64,000 nt of DNA. Origin: Macrostomum lignano (taxonomy: Eukaryota). Of the stretch, positions 11,695 through 23,771 are shown piece after piece. The translations under genes and the position numbers were made by a program. Numbering within the stretch: the first letter of the stretch is position 1; each line of letters opens with the position of its first letter. The DNA lies in assembly GCA_002269645.1 (NCBI GenBank), contig NIVC01000854.1, positions 248,001 to 312,000 of the forward strand, in the 5' to 3' direction. The notes beneath the pieces were generated by a model. It did not search any database. It was not told the origin of the DNA and saw only the letters and a list, made by a program, of their open reading frames with translations.

Positions 11695-11960
11695 GCACAT
11701 TATCTTCATCCTAATCATTAGCTTAATTCTGATCATCACCCTAATTCTGATCATGAGCTTTATCCTGATCCTCAGCTTCATCCTGATCCTCAGCTTCATC
11801 CTGACCATCAGCTTTATCCTGACCATCCAGCTTCATCCTAATCATCAGCTTCATCCTGATCATCAGCTTCATCCTGATCATCAGCTTCATCCTAATCATC
11901 AGCTTCATCCTAATCATCAGCTTCATCTTGATCATCAGTTTCATCCTGTTCATCAGCCTC
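11695..11960. repeat. 18-bp repeat (GATGAAGCTGATGAT[C/T]AG on the minus strand) spanning the TRMT10 stop codon
   Basis: Units encode DEADDQ or DEADD*. Confidence 0.9.
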
Positions 11961-12833
11961 ATCCCCAGCATCATCGCCATCAACTGCTGTATTTTCTCCG
12001 ACCACAGCGCCGCCGGAAGTTTCACCTTTGCCGTCTTTCAATTCAACAATTTTGCGTTTCGGCACCACGGCCTGCAGTGTCTGGGCCCAATCGCGGCAGC
12101 TGGAATATTTGAGCAACAGGTGAAACACCTGATCCACAGTGAGCACCTGACGAGAATTCAATTTGATGTGCTGAGAAATTGGCAGCTTGGCAGTTCGCAA
12201 ACCCAGCTGTTTGGCCAGCTCAAAGCAGTGCCCAGGATAGTGGTTATGGTCCACAAGGCCGCCAATAACATACACACAGTTATCGCTCAGCTGATCGAGT
12301 ACAGTCTCAGATTCGCTGCACAGATAGACGATCTCATCCCTAGGGAAGAGACTCAAGTAGGATTCCTCACGCCAGTTGATATCCCAGTTCAGATAGTCGG
12401 CTGTGCCAATAGATTTCAGTTTGTCAAGCAGTTTGCCATTTAAATCGGTCACATAGAGCTGCATGGGGGCTTCACTGCGCCTGTTGTAACCATAGCAGTG
12501 CTGCAGCTGGTTAAACAGCTTGCAGATGTCCCCAATCGGCATCAGTGAGTCGAATGAGCAGTCTATGACTACGCGGATTCTACAGGAACTGTCGCTCATG
12601 CTGTTTGCAGCCGCTTTGGTCAGGCGTTTGCTATGCCGCTGCGGCTTCTGACCGCTGGCTTTTAACTGTTGGCGCTTGGCTTTGCGCAGCGCTTTCACTA
12701 ATTCGCGCTTCTTTAATCGCTTCTGCGCGCGTTTTGATAGCGGCTGCTGATTGGCTGGCTGCACTGCCACTGGCTCTGTGCTGGGGGCTTCGGGCGGCGG
12801 CATCTCTGTGCCTGCATGCTCTTTGGTGTCCAT
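11910..12833 (-). CDS. TRMT10A: tRNA (guanine-N1)-methyltransferase TRM10 homologue, single exon, about 307 aa
   Basis: VVIDCSFDSLM, YGYNRR, IVYLCSES..VL, YVIGGLVDHNH..G and ARLP-like TAKLPI...RQVLTVDQV motifs of the Trm10 SPOUT domain; ATG at 12833 preferred over upstream starts. Confidence 0.9.
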   Translation of the reverse strand: MDTKEHAGTEMPPPEAPSTEPVAVQPANQQPLSKRAQKRLKKRELVKALRKAKRQQLKASGQKPQRHSKRLTKAAANSMSDSSCRIRVVIDCSFDSLMPIGDICKLFNQLQHCYGYNRRSEAPMQLYVTDLNGKLLDKLKSIGTADYLNWDINWREESYLSLFPRDEIVYLCSESETVLDQLSDNCVYVIGGLVDHNHYPGHCFELAKQLGLRTAKLPISQHIKLNSRQVLTVDQVFHLLLKYSSCRDWAQTLQAVVPKRKIVELKDGKGETSGGAVVGENTAVDGDDAGDEADEQDETDDQDEADD

Positions 12834-13873
12834 GTGCGTCTCCAAAATGCGAATTGACATTAATTTATATTTGCAGTGTGCAGTGTATTCTTGATACATT
12901 TCTCATTCTTTTTGCTCATAACTTTGGTTGTGCTTTACTTTGTATCAAAAAACTTTTCGTAATGTACAAAGTTGCACATTTTATTATTATTCAAGTCAAT
13001 AATTGCCAGTTGTGAAAACTTATTTTTAAATCTATAGATAAGGTTTGTTTCACTATGCCCAACATTAAAGATATTTTTTAAAAAAATTGCATCTTTTTCT
13101 CATTTCTCTGTGTATTTTTGTGTTTGTTTGCTATTGGCCCACAATTGGGCCATGTTTGTGTGTGTAGTATTTAAAGTGTTTTATTTAAGTTCCACAATTG
13201 ATAATTTAGGATAATTAATCTAAGAAACTGCTTTAAGCAGAATAAAATTACTAGAGAATAAGCTATAACCCTCTGATCTTAATAATTCCTACACTAAATC
13301 TCATTAGGAATGAAAAAATATTTTAATAAATATTAATATATGTATAAAACACACAAGATATACATGCATCATAGAACCATTCAAGCTAGAAATATCATAT
13401 TTAAAATGTTATTAGAAATATATAATACACTATTTAATGTTTTATATAATAAAATAATAGCTTTAGTATAAAACTGACAGCATTTAATAAAATATCCTCA
13501 AGGTTACAAAATCTCTAGGATTAATTTAGTCTGTTAGTTAGTTATAAATTTATGTGAATATGGCTCATATTAGTTTAATATCTAAATTTTTGTAATTTGT
13601 AAATATTTTCTATATTTATGCACACTTTAATTCACTAACTCTATTTCCACCGATTGCAAAACTGGGCCTGTGTCCTTAGAGCCTGGTCCTATTTGTTTGC
13701 TAAAAAATTGCTTTGTTTACCAATAGACAAAATCACTGCACACTAAAAAATATAGTCAAAAGGCAGGCTCCAGGCTAGGCATTAGGGCTTAGGCCCTTTA
13801 ATATAGGCCTAGAAATGCAGATAGCACTAGCAGGGTGCAGGATATAACAGTTATAATTATAGGTCTAATCTTA

Positions 13874-14233
13874 GGGGGGCCGTAGCCCAGCGGTAGCGCA
13901 GCTGCTCTGGTATGCCAATGACCCAGGCTTGATTCCAAGTGTAGTCACATTAATTTGGGGCTGAATTGGAATCTCGGCTTGGCTCTGCTTGTGCAATTAA
14001 CGGCCTTGAGAGCCAACCCCCCAAGGCACAGTGAAGTGTACATGCCTAACAATAATATAAAGTTAGGGCCGCTGTACACTCCTGTGTGAGTATGTGCCTG
14101 CGTATGTATCCGCGCACTTGTGTGCCTGCTCAGGGATGTCAGTGGAATGGGCAGTAATGCCTCTCGCCAGTTGTGTGCCAATGTTGCTTAAAGTGCGCTA
14201 GAGTGCACACAACCCTCTGTCTCTAATAAAAAA
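13874..14233 (+). mobile_element. tRNA-derived SINE, second family, with 15-bp TSD
   Basis: A box TAGCCCAGCGG, degenerate B box GGCTTGATTCC, A-rich tail; TSD ATAGGTCTAATCTTA at 13859-13873 and 14234-14248. Confidence 0.8.
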
Positions 14234-15497
14234 ATAGGTCTAATCTTAACCAACCATGTATTCAAAATCATACATAAACATATTTAAGTTATTCAACATA
14301 AATAGGCCTAGTATATTAGTATATAGAAGCCGGACAAGTACTCAACAGAGTACTCAACATGTCGAATAATTGATTAGGCATATTTTTTCAACTATTCAAC
14401 TGTCAAGAAATTTTTATTTAGGTCAGGTCAAGTTGAGAAGTTGAGTACTTTTAATGGGTCTATATATAGATAATATGGGGTAAATTATGTCTTTCAATGT
14501 GAGAAATTTCAGCATGGCATTTTTCTTTTTTAACAATTGTATTAGTTTCAGTTGTATTGTTGCACACATCTTGGAATTTTTTATGATACAATATATTCCT
14601 ATAAATATTTGTATGAAATGACACTATGACAGTGTGACTATAGAAAAATGTGCAGATTACATGCTCAACATTTCTCAACTACTGATGTAAGCACTACTTT
14701 ATACTTGTTGACTTTATATTGCCTTGACTTTATACTTGGCTGGCTTAACCAAAAATCTGTGCTCATTTGGCCTCTAATAGTAAATAGCATATTCATATGT
14801 ATATAAAAAAGTAAATTCTAGGCCTAGACTATGCTCAACAGCTCAAGTAATTTTCCATAGCCTAGGCTCAGTTTTGTAATATGGTTTAAGAGAGCAGATC
14901 AAATTGAGACTGGGCAGGACTGCTCAATTGAGAATATATCTAGTATATCTTTTGACTCTCTATCTGACTAGTGAATGACCTAGTTCTATTTCTTGTAAAA
15001 TGGCACGTAGGCGCACTTGTTCATTTAAACTTTAAGTGTTACCTTAAAATGGCAGGCAATTAATGGCTATTCCAGGAAACTTTAGGGCTGTTTTCCAAAA
15101 AAAGTAGGAATAAAACATGAAAAACTCCCAATGCCTATTGAGCCATAACATGTTACCATGCTACAAAATATAGTAGATTTCCACTTTCTAGGAAACTATC
15201 TCTAATGTGCAATAGCTATATCAACTATAGCATTATATATAGCACAGACTAATTTTTATTAGATAGATATATTGAACCAGTATGATACTAATAGTGCATA
15301 ATAGTAGTAGTAATTGGCTAAGCTAACACCAATAGCAGTTATAAATGGTAGACAGTAACTAAAGGTAATAAAGTTGCTAGCTAAAGTTAAATCAAATATA
15401 TCTTGGCTTTTAAGTTTTGCATCTTTTTTACTAAGCATCAAGATTATCCTAATATTATTTTCTTTTTTTGCTATATAAAAAGGGCTACAAAGGATAT

Positions 15498-16383
15498 TGA
15501 AGTGAGCACTAGTTTAGTGTTAGGTGCCCCCTTTGTCAGCTGTGCCCTGCACCCTTCTGAGCTGTTGGCTGCAGCTCTCCCTCCCTCTCCCTCTCCTGCT
15601 CCCTTTCCCTCTCCCTCCCATTGTCCTTTTGCCTGCCTCTGCTCCTCCCTTTCCCCCCCTTCCGGTTTGTCTCTGTTCCCAGTGTCTGAGCTTCTCCGCT
15701 CAGCCTGTCCTTGATTCATTGTCTGTCTGGCCTTCCCCCCCCCCGCTTTCTTGTGTGGCTGCATTTGTTCTCTCTGTCTGGCCTGTACAGTAGCAGATCA
15801 CGTGCCCTAGTCGCTCTGTCCCTTTCTTGTGCTGCCTTGTACAATCTTGGGTGTCAGTCTCTAAATTTGAAATAGCGTCCTTGTCTCTCAGGCAGGGCTC
15901 CGCACTTAGAACTGAATTATGCCAGGTGAGGGGCACAGTAAGAGCGGCCTTGCGCACTCTGGCGCAATGGGGTGTTGCACGGTATGGTGAAATTGATCCG
16001 CTAGCCTATAAGTACAGGCCTCTTGTGCCTCTGTTTGGCAACCCTTCTGTTAACCTTTCTCTCTGCTAGCGCTCAGATAACCACTCTCTTAAAAGTCCAG
16101 CGCAGCCTGCGCTAGGCCTTAGCCAACCTATCTGATTTCTGATCCATCTTCGACTGTGTGTCTTTGAGTGTGCTAAATCCCAACCAAACTAACAGAGACT
16201 AGCATAGTTCCTCATCCCCACACTTGAGCCCGGCAGGACTGCTGACAAGGTGTGCACCAGTACGAACTGTTAAATCTGCACGGCGTGCTATCCGGAGTCT
16301 CCCTCTTCAAAGGACAAGATCCGAGCGAGCTGGTGGCAGCACTACCAACGCTACTAAGAACAGCTAGAAGGCTTCCTGGGAGA
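15498..16383 (+). repeat. 5' LTR, 3'-truncated by a deletion that joins it into RT
   Basis: Colinear with 24415-25341 until CTGGGAGA, then switches to (T)AFSVIDRGQF RT codons. Confidence 0.92.
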
Positions 16384-19300
16384 TGGCGTTCTCTGTGATT
16401 GACCGCGGACAATTCTGTTTCAATGTTCTACCAATGGGTCTCCACGATAGTCCAGGCAGCTTTCAGCGTTGCATCAATAAGCTCCTGGATGATCTGACAC
16501 CAAAGGCTACATGGATGACATCATGGTGCACTCAGTGACCTTCGAGGAGCAGCTAGACAACCTGCGGACTGTACTCCAGCGGATTATCGCAGCCAACCTC
16601 AAGGTCAAGCCGAAAAAGTGCCATTTGTTCCTCAAGGAGCTGCATTATCTAGGTCACATCGTGACTCCCGACGGACCGAAGACCTGTGAGGACAAGATTG
16701 CGCATATCCGTGATTGGCCTGTGCCATAGTCTGTTACTCAACTGAGACAATTCCTAGGCCTCCCCAATTACTACCACAAGTTTGTCGACGGCTACGCTGG
16801 ATATGCTGCGCCGCTGCATGCCCTGACTCAAAAGGACATCGGCAGCCTGCGGCAGCATTGGACTGATGAGCACCAGGTAGCGTTCGACACGTTGAAGAAG
16901 AAGTTGTGTTCGACTGAAGTTCTCGCTCTGCCTGAGTTCAACTCAGATCCTGATGTGAAGTTTGTCCTAGACACTGATGCCTTAGACATTCGCATAGGCG
17001 CTTGTCTTGGACAACGGCAATCTGACGGCGTCGAGCGCCCAATTGCATTCTTTAGCCGGAAGTTTCGTGATCCTAAGAAGCGCTACACGGTTACGAAGAA
17101 AGAGCTGCTTGCAATCGTGGACGCTATGCGACATTTCTGTCATTATTTAATTGGCAAGAAGTTTGAAGTTTGTTCTGACCATCTGGCCTTGCTGTAACTG
17201 CTGAACCAGACGTAGGTCACAGGTATCTTGGGCCATTGGATTGAGCGACTGAGCGAGTTCCGCTTCCAGCTTCACCATCGCAAAGACAAGGACCACGCCA
17301 ACGCTGACGCCTTGTCAAGACGCCCGGAGCACCACCGGTTGACTTTGAGCCTGGCCGATTGCTTGAGCATCCCAATTCTGCAGCCCAACACGATGATGAC
17401 ACCAGCTTGGAGCCGGACAGGGAAACCACTCGGAAGGCCACTGCAAGACCAGCCCTTTCAAAGAAGGTCCGTACTCACAACAAGGAGGCCAAAACTGCCC
17501 TGGCCAAAGACCTGAAGGCCACCGCGCCAGCAGCCCTTCAGCACGACGACTATCGCAGCAGTCAATGCCTGGAGACTGGCTTGGACACCAACCCGGAGGC
17601 CACTGATACCTCAGCCCTCCACAGCGATGCCAATGCCAACTGCCATTACTTGGAGATTCGCCCGGACAAAACCACGGAGGCCACTACTGACGTAGACCTC
17701 CTTGATGATGTCCAAGACTGCGAGTCTTGGAACCTGGACTCGCCCATGGACCACGACTCAGAGGCCACTGAACAAGCAGCCCTCCTGACGACAGCCCACA
17801 ACGCAGATCCAGAGCAACAATGTAAGTTCAACCCCCGGAGTTTTGCGCTGAGAGTTCTTGCCATGTTGACAGAGGCCAGACTCTCGCGACGGCTGCAAGG
17901 TCAACGCTCTGCCCCCCAAGCCGACAGACAGCTGCTCATCGCCTGTGCGGAAAGTCGAGTCTCCCTTTGCGATACCCCCCAGTGCTGGAGAAGACTCACC
18001 CAATGACGACGATGATCGAGCCGATGGCTACAGCTGCCTGCGACGAGGCGTGCTTCACGTGTTGCGTCTCGCCCTACAGCCAAGAGTCGCCTGGGCTGTG
18101 CAGTGGAGGCAAGTGCACTGCTCCAGCTGCGGAAATTCCTGTCAAGAGAGCGACGATGAGAACTTCGAAATGAGATCAGCGATCATACGCCGACATTGTG
18201 AGACAAAGTCCCTCAGAGCGACCTAATCTCGACGCCAACAAGACGGAGTCGCGTGATCAACTGCGAGCCAAAGAAGCGGAGACTGCGGGAGTCATGAACC
18301 CTCAGCCATGCCGCGCTGTGCTCACTGATTTTCTGAAGTTGCCGATGACGCGGCAACAGTTTGTTGACGCACAGCGCGCTGACAGAGCTATCAGCTACGT
18401 GCTCAATCTGGTCAAGAACGAAGCCCTGAAGCCTGAGTTTGATGCCCGATTGCGCCTATTGAAGGAGCAGCGGAACCTGCTCGGTTATTATGAGAATTTG
18501 CGAGTGGAGGACAACCTGTTGATGATCAACCTAACTGACGGTCAGCAGTCCCCGAAGGTTGTCCTGCCCGAAGCCCTCAATGCCCAGGTGCTCCAGGAGC
18601 TCCACAGTTCGCCACTGTGTGGTCACCTAGGCCAGACAAAAACGCTGAAACGACTGCGAGAACGATTCTGGCGGCCTGGATAAGCCCTTGTCACCGAGAA
18701 TTTTATCAGCAGATGCCGTGCCTGTCTCGAAAGCAAATCGCGAAGGCAAGACAAAGTTCCAGTTCAAAGCTTCCTAGTCTGCAAAGTACTAGGAAGAGTA
18801 CATTGCGACGTAGTAGGCCCTATTGCCCAGAAGAGCAAGAGCGGGAACCGCTACATATTGACCTTGTGCGATGCAACGTCGAAGTACCCATTTGCCTACC
18901 CGATGAGGAACCAGAAAGCCAAGACCATCATCAAGATCCTGCAGGAGCGCCACATCCCAGATGTTGGTGTACCCTGCTGGATCCACACGGACCAAGGCAC
19001 CAACTTCACTGGCTCCACCTTCAAGAAGTTCTGCAACCTGTTTGGCATTCGACATACTACAACAACACCACAAAACCCAGCTTCTAATGGTCAAGTTGAG
19101 AACCTCAACAAGCAGCTGAAGAGCGTTCTCAACTGCCTCCTCGAGCGAAACCACGATGACTGGGACACCTTCCTTCCAGCCTGCCTGATAGCTCTCCGCT
19201 CTAGTGTACACCCGGTGACAGGATTCACGCCCCACTACCTGGTGTTTGGTCGTGATTTCCGACTTCCAATTGACAACGCGTTGAAGAAGCTGCCTGAGTA

Positions 19301-19670
19301 TGCCGACTTGCCTGACTATGTCAAGGACTTCCAACGCCGTCTGGACGATGCCACTGAGCTAGTGAAGGATCGTCTACACCTCCATCAGCAACTGCGAGAC
19401 GAACACTACTCCAACCTGCCGAAGGCCAAGAAGCTCAAGCCCGGTGATCTGGTTTTCCTCAACAACCCAGTTCTCGAACTGGACGAGGTGGCAAAGTTTC
19501 ATCGACCCTGCAAAGCACTCTACAAAGTCAAAATTAGAACAAAATTTGCCGTAGACTGCCCAATCCGCAAGCCAGACGGGATGAACTTGTTGTTCATCGC
19601 CGCAACCTGCTCCACGTTTCTGACGCTGACTACGCGATGATTTCAGATCCCAAAGTCGAGAAGGCGAAGA
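16384..19670 (+). pseudogene. Gypsy pol remnant: RT, RNase H, long linker, integrase
   Basis: YMDDIMV, LHYLGHIV, FVLDTDA...RPIAFFSR...KELLAIV, HANADALSR, LHSSPLCGHLG, IHTDQG.NF, NGQVENLN; several stops and frameshifts. Confidence 0.92.
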
Positions 19671-22050
19671 CCCAGTGAAAAATGATTCATGGATTCCACG
19701 TGGGTTCCACGTGGCCATGTGGAATTTAAATGTTTCTTTAATTTTTGCGAATTAATGACTTAAAGATGACATAATGGTATGCAAAGTATTTTTTATGCAT
19801 TATTTTTTTTATTTTTACTGTCCTAATGTTGATGTGGATTTTACAAGGAATTCATGAGAAATAAGCGTATATTGATTCAACATGGAATCCACTTCGATAA
19901 AAAACTGTGATACACCACATTCAGACGTTTTTATGAAATTAATAAAATTAATTATTATATTTATACGCTTTTAAGTAAAAATTACTATCTTAAAGCTAAA
20001 TTATAATCGAATAATAAGACATTGTTTGTTAAAATAGACAAAATAGAAGTGAACAATAAAAAACGTTTCGTGCTTTTTAAAATTAAATTAATTTTATTTT
20101 ATTCGTCAATGTCTTGGTTCAAGGCCTTGAAAGATAAATTGCCTTGTTTATGGCTATCTAAGCACCTTAAAAATTTTAGTAGACCTAGCCTATAGGCAAT
20201 AACTTATAAGGCCATGGCCTTTTTAACTTAAATAGGCCTTTAGAAGTTCATAATTTCCTCTTAGTCCTACCTATCTATTTATATGTATGCTATTTTAAGC
20301 TAGGCCTATAACTATCAATTTAGGTCATTCTATTTTAATTAAGGTTGGGACTAGCTTGACTTTGTGAATTGTGACTAGTCAATCTAGTTAATCTGTTAAA
20401 AATCTATTAATTTATGATTTTCTTTAAAAAAGCCTGTTAGCATCTTTTGGACTTGTTGCATTTTTAAAAACAATATTATTAATTATAATAAATAATTCTG
20501 CAATTACACTTGCAACTTGCTTTTGGCATAGCTAGCCTAGCAGATCCCTAAGGTTGCTATTATAAATAAATAATGATTATTGTAAATTTGATCTGATTTA
20601 GACCAAGTCTAGAATTTAATAGCCATAGGGCATAGCTATTTAGGCTTAGGCCTAATGTTTAATCATACTAGGCCAGCAAATATAAAAAACATACATTGCT
20701 TTGCCTAAATACTTTATAGTCTAAAATCAATTTTAAAATAAAAAATTAAATTTATAGAAACATATATTAATTATTTTTATACTTATTATTTCATTGGTAA
20801 TTTTATTGATTGACTTAGGTAGGGTTTTCTTTTTTGCTAGAGACAGGGTGCAAAATCATACCCTATGCTCACTTTCAGGGTTTTATGATTTTAAGGCTTA
20901 GAATGCTATTTCTCTTTTTTCTTATATAAAGGCAGTGCAAATAAGGCTTCAATAGAAAAATAGGTAATGAGATTGCACCTAAACTGTATCCACTTTTTAA
21001 TTTTAATTTTCAAGGTGCAATTTTAAAATTTAGGGTGCATACGCACACTTTGTGCATAAAAAATAAACCTAGGACTTAGGCCTAGTTAATTTTAAAATAA
21101 ACTTTAATAAGTATTCATCCTTAAATTAGTTTTATGAATAATATCAATATAATCTATCAATCTTAATTGGCAACAATTATTTTTCTATTTCATTTCAGCC
21201 TAACATTACATGGCCCATCCTCAAACTTGGATGTCACCTTGGTCTTGCCTTTGAAGAAGCATGCAAAGCTACTTGGAATTTGAATTTAATATCTAGAATG
21301 CTAGGCCTACCTTTTGTGAAGCAATGGTAAGTTTTAGTTATAAACAGATTTTTTTCTGTCATCAAAATCTGTTATAAGATCAAAATCTATCAAAATCTAT
21401 TACAAAATGTGTCATCAATCTGTTATGAAATTCTGTAATTTAACCCCTTTCTTTTTTAAGGTTGCTCACCTGACCTGAAGAAGCAGCATTCTGGCAATAG
21501 GCAGCAGCATGTTTCTGACTGTTCTAATTCTGGTGCATTATATTATTGTTAATTAATTAATGCTATTGACAAGGTCAATTTAAAATTATATATTATATCA
21601 TATGCGCAGCGCAACTTTAAAGATATCAATATCTACATCAGTGTGTTTATTCTTTGTGTGCCAGTGACTCACTACTGTACATAAATACACCTTACTTATT
21701 GAGACATCCTTTTTGAATAAATATTTTGTGCAGAAATATTTTTGGCTATAGCTAATGTTTTTATCTGTGTTTCAGTTTCTTTTATATGGTATTGAGATCT
21801 GGGGTTTGTATGACATTTTGAGATCTGGTATTATTTTGAGATTTAGGATGCAACAATTTATTATGGCAACCAGTATAATGGCTGCTTACTCAATGACAAT
21901 GTGGATTCTATGTGAAATACATAATTATTTCCATGTGGATTTTCCATGTGGAATCTATATCTTGATTCCACATGGATGGACGGAGACAAATGCACATATG
22001 GATTTCATATGAAAAATCCACATGGAATCCATATCATTTTTTTCACTGGG
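19671..22050. mobile_element. Non-autonomous TIR DNA transposon (CMC/EnSpm-like) inserted in the Gypsy integrase tail
   Basis: TIR CCCAGTGAAAAA-TGA..ATGGATTCCA.GTGG at both ends, 2-bp TSD GA, subterminal CCA(C/T)GTGG repeats; removal restores the frame ...DPKVEKAK-KRRQQLDD. Confidence 0.85.
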
Positions 22051-22748
22051 GAAGCGCAGACAACAGCTAGATGATCCCGACAGTGCAGGACCCGCGACCC
22101 TGCCACCCATGCCCAAGGATGAGCTCGAAGATCCCGAAGACGACGAGGATGACGACGTGAGGCCGGCTCTCTGGTGGTACTTCTGGCCTCTGGCGATCCC
22201 GGAGGTGTAGCCAGGAGGTGGACCGATCACGACACCAGTGAACCAGGCAAGTGCACTTCGGCATGAGCCAGTGCCGTATGGTGAATGCCACTTGCGTGAG
22301 CCTGTTTCAAATGCATCTTTTGCCTGCTGCTTCTTTTTCACCCGTCCATGTCCCTACTCCCCCCGAACCTCTTGCTGCGGTACAGTCTCGTGTACCATCG
22401 CCATGCACCACTCCGGTGGAAGCGCTTGTAGAGCCTGTAGGTTTAGGTAGGCCAGCTAGGGACCGTAGGCCTCCAGAGAGGCTTCTTATTAGCGACACTA
22501 GGCCGCAAACGTACGCTAGTTGCACCGCCCGCATGCGCGCACAAAATTTAACTCATTTCAGCGAAGCAATGCATCACTCGCGCCCACCAAAGTGAGCTGA
22601 CCGCTCGAGCTCCGACGAGCGAGAGCGAGGCCGATCCCGACTGGCTTTCTGCTCAGCGTACCAAGGCCCCACGATCGGAGCAGCCGCCGGCCAAATTGAA
22701 GGTGCCCCGCGACTGGCTGCAGCCCCCCGGGTCCACCCTCGACTCCGG

Positions 22749-23771
22749 TTGGGCCCGCAGGATCGTGGGAGGTCCCAGATGCCTCAGCCAGGCCATCGGT
22801 CACCACCCTTGGAACCACAGGACCCCGCGCCGGCTCGAACACGCCACCCACTCCGCCGACGCGGCAGGCGCACAGTGTCCCCAGCCCCAGAGATCATCGA
22901 CCTCACCCGAGATTTGCCCCAGCAGGTTTGCCGGCTGAGGGATCCCGGGCCAAGCAGCGATGGATCCACGACACGCCACCTTCAGGCAAATGGCCCCGCC
23001 ATCCTTCGCACCCAGTTTCTGACGCAGGTGCCCAACAAGCTCCCCCAGCCTGCAACCCGCGGCCTGCCACGGGTGTCCAGCCCGGTGATGTTGAGCGAGC
23101 GACGGCCTAGCGCGGCCGGCCCGACGGCCGGCGAGTGCCCGAAAGAACTCAACAGCAGTTCCTACTCCATTAGGCCGGCTCCCGAAGCATCCAAGCTGCC
23201 GCCAAGTGAGACCTTGACCCCGGCCAACCAGTCTCTGCCACCGGCAGACATGGCTACGCAGACCTCGGATGCGGACTTTTGGAGCGACAATGAGGCCACT
23301 TATTCGTGGAGCCAGCTTGCTGCGGAGCTCCAATAGGCTCTGCCCGTGGCCCCACCGCCATCACCCACCGTCCCGACGCCAGTTGAAGATGCTGAAGCCC
23401 AAACAGATACGTTGTTGGACCCCCAGGAGGTCTTGCCGACCCCGGCCACCTTGGTCCAAGATGCGGCCGCAGACCTGGCCAGCTACCTGATCTGCACTGC
23501 AAGCACTGGCAAATGGCCGGCCTTTAATGACATCTTCTGGCCTCTTCTCCGAGCAGCACCGGACCACATTCGCCAAGCCAAACTCAATATAGCGGCAGAA
23601 ATTGCTGCCCCAGGCCTAGCCGCGGCATCCCACCCAATGGCGGTACAGGTGGTCGCCTGCCAGATGGCTAGGGAAATGACTGGCCTCCCGCTGACTGTCC
23701 CGGGGGCCTTAGCGTCTCAGTTGAGCTGCCAAGGAAGACCCTCACAGACTGTGAGACCGTCGAACAATTGA
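22749..23771 (+). pseudogene. Extra sense ORF in the Gypsy 3' region (about 340 codons, one in-frame TAG at 23334-23336)
   Basis: ORFs 22749-23336 and 23346-23771 share a frame; Pro/Ser-rich with EIIDLT; no env-like TM segment. Confidence 0.55.

Noticed and set aside
13874-13950. Possible tRNA gene
   Set aside because: Degenerate B box, no clean cloverleaf, 300-bp body with A tail and TSD indicate a SINE
22749-23771. env gene
   Set aside because: No signal peptide, furin site or transmembrane segment visible
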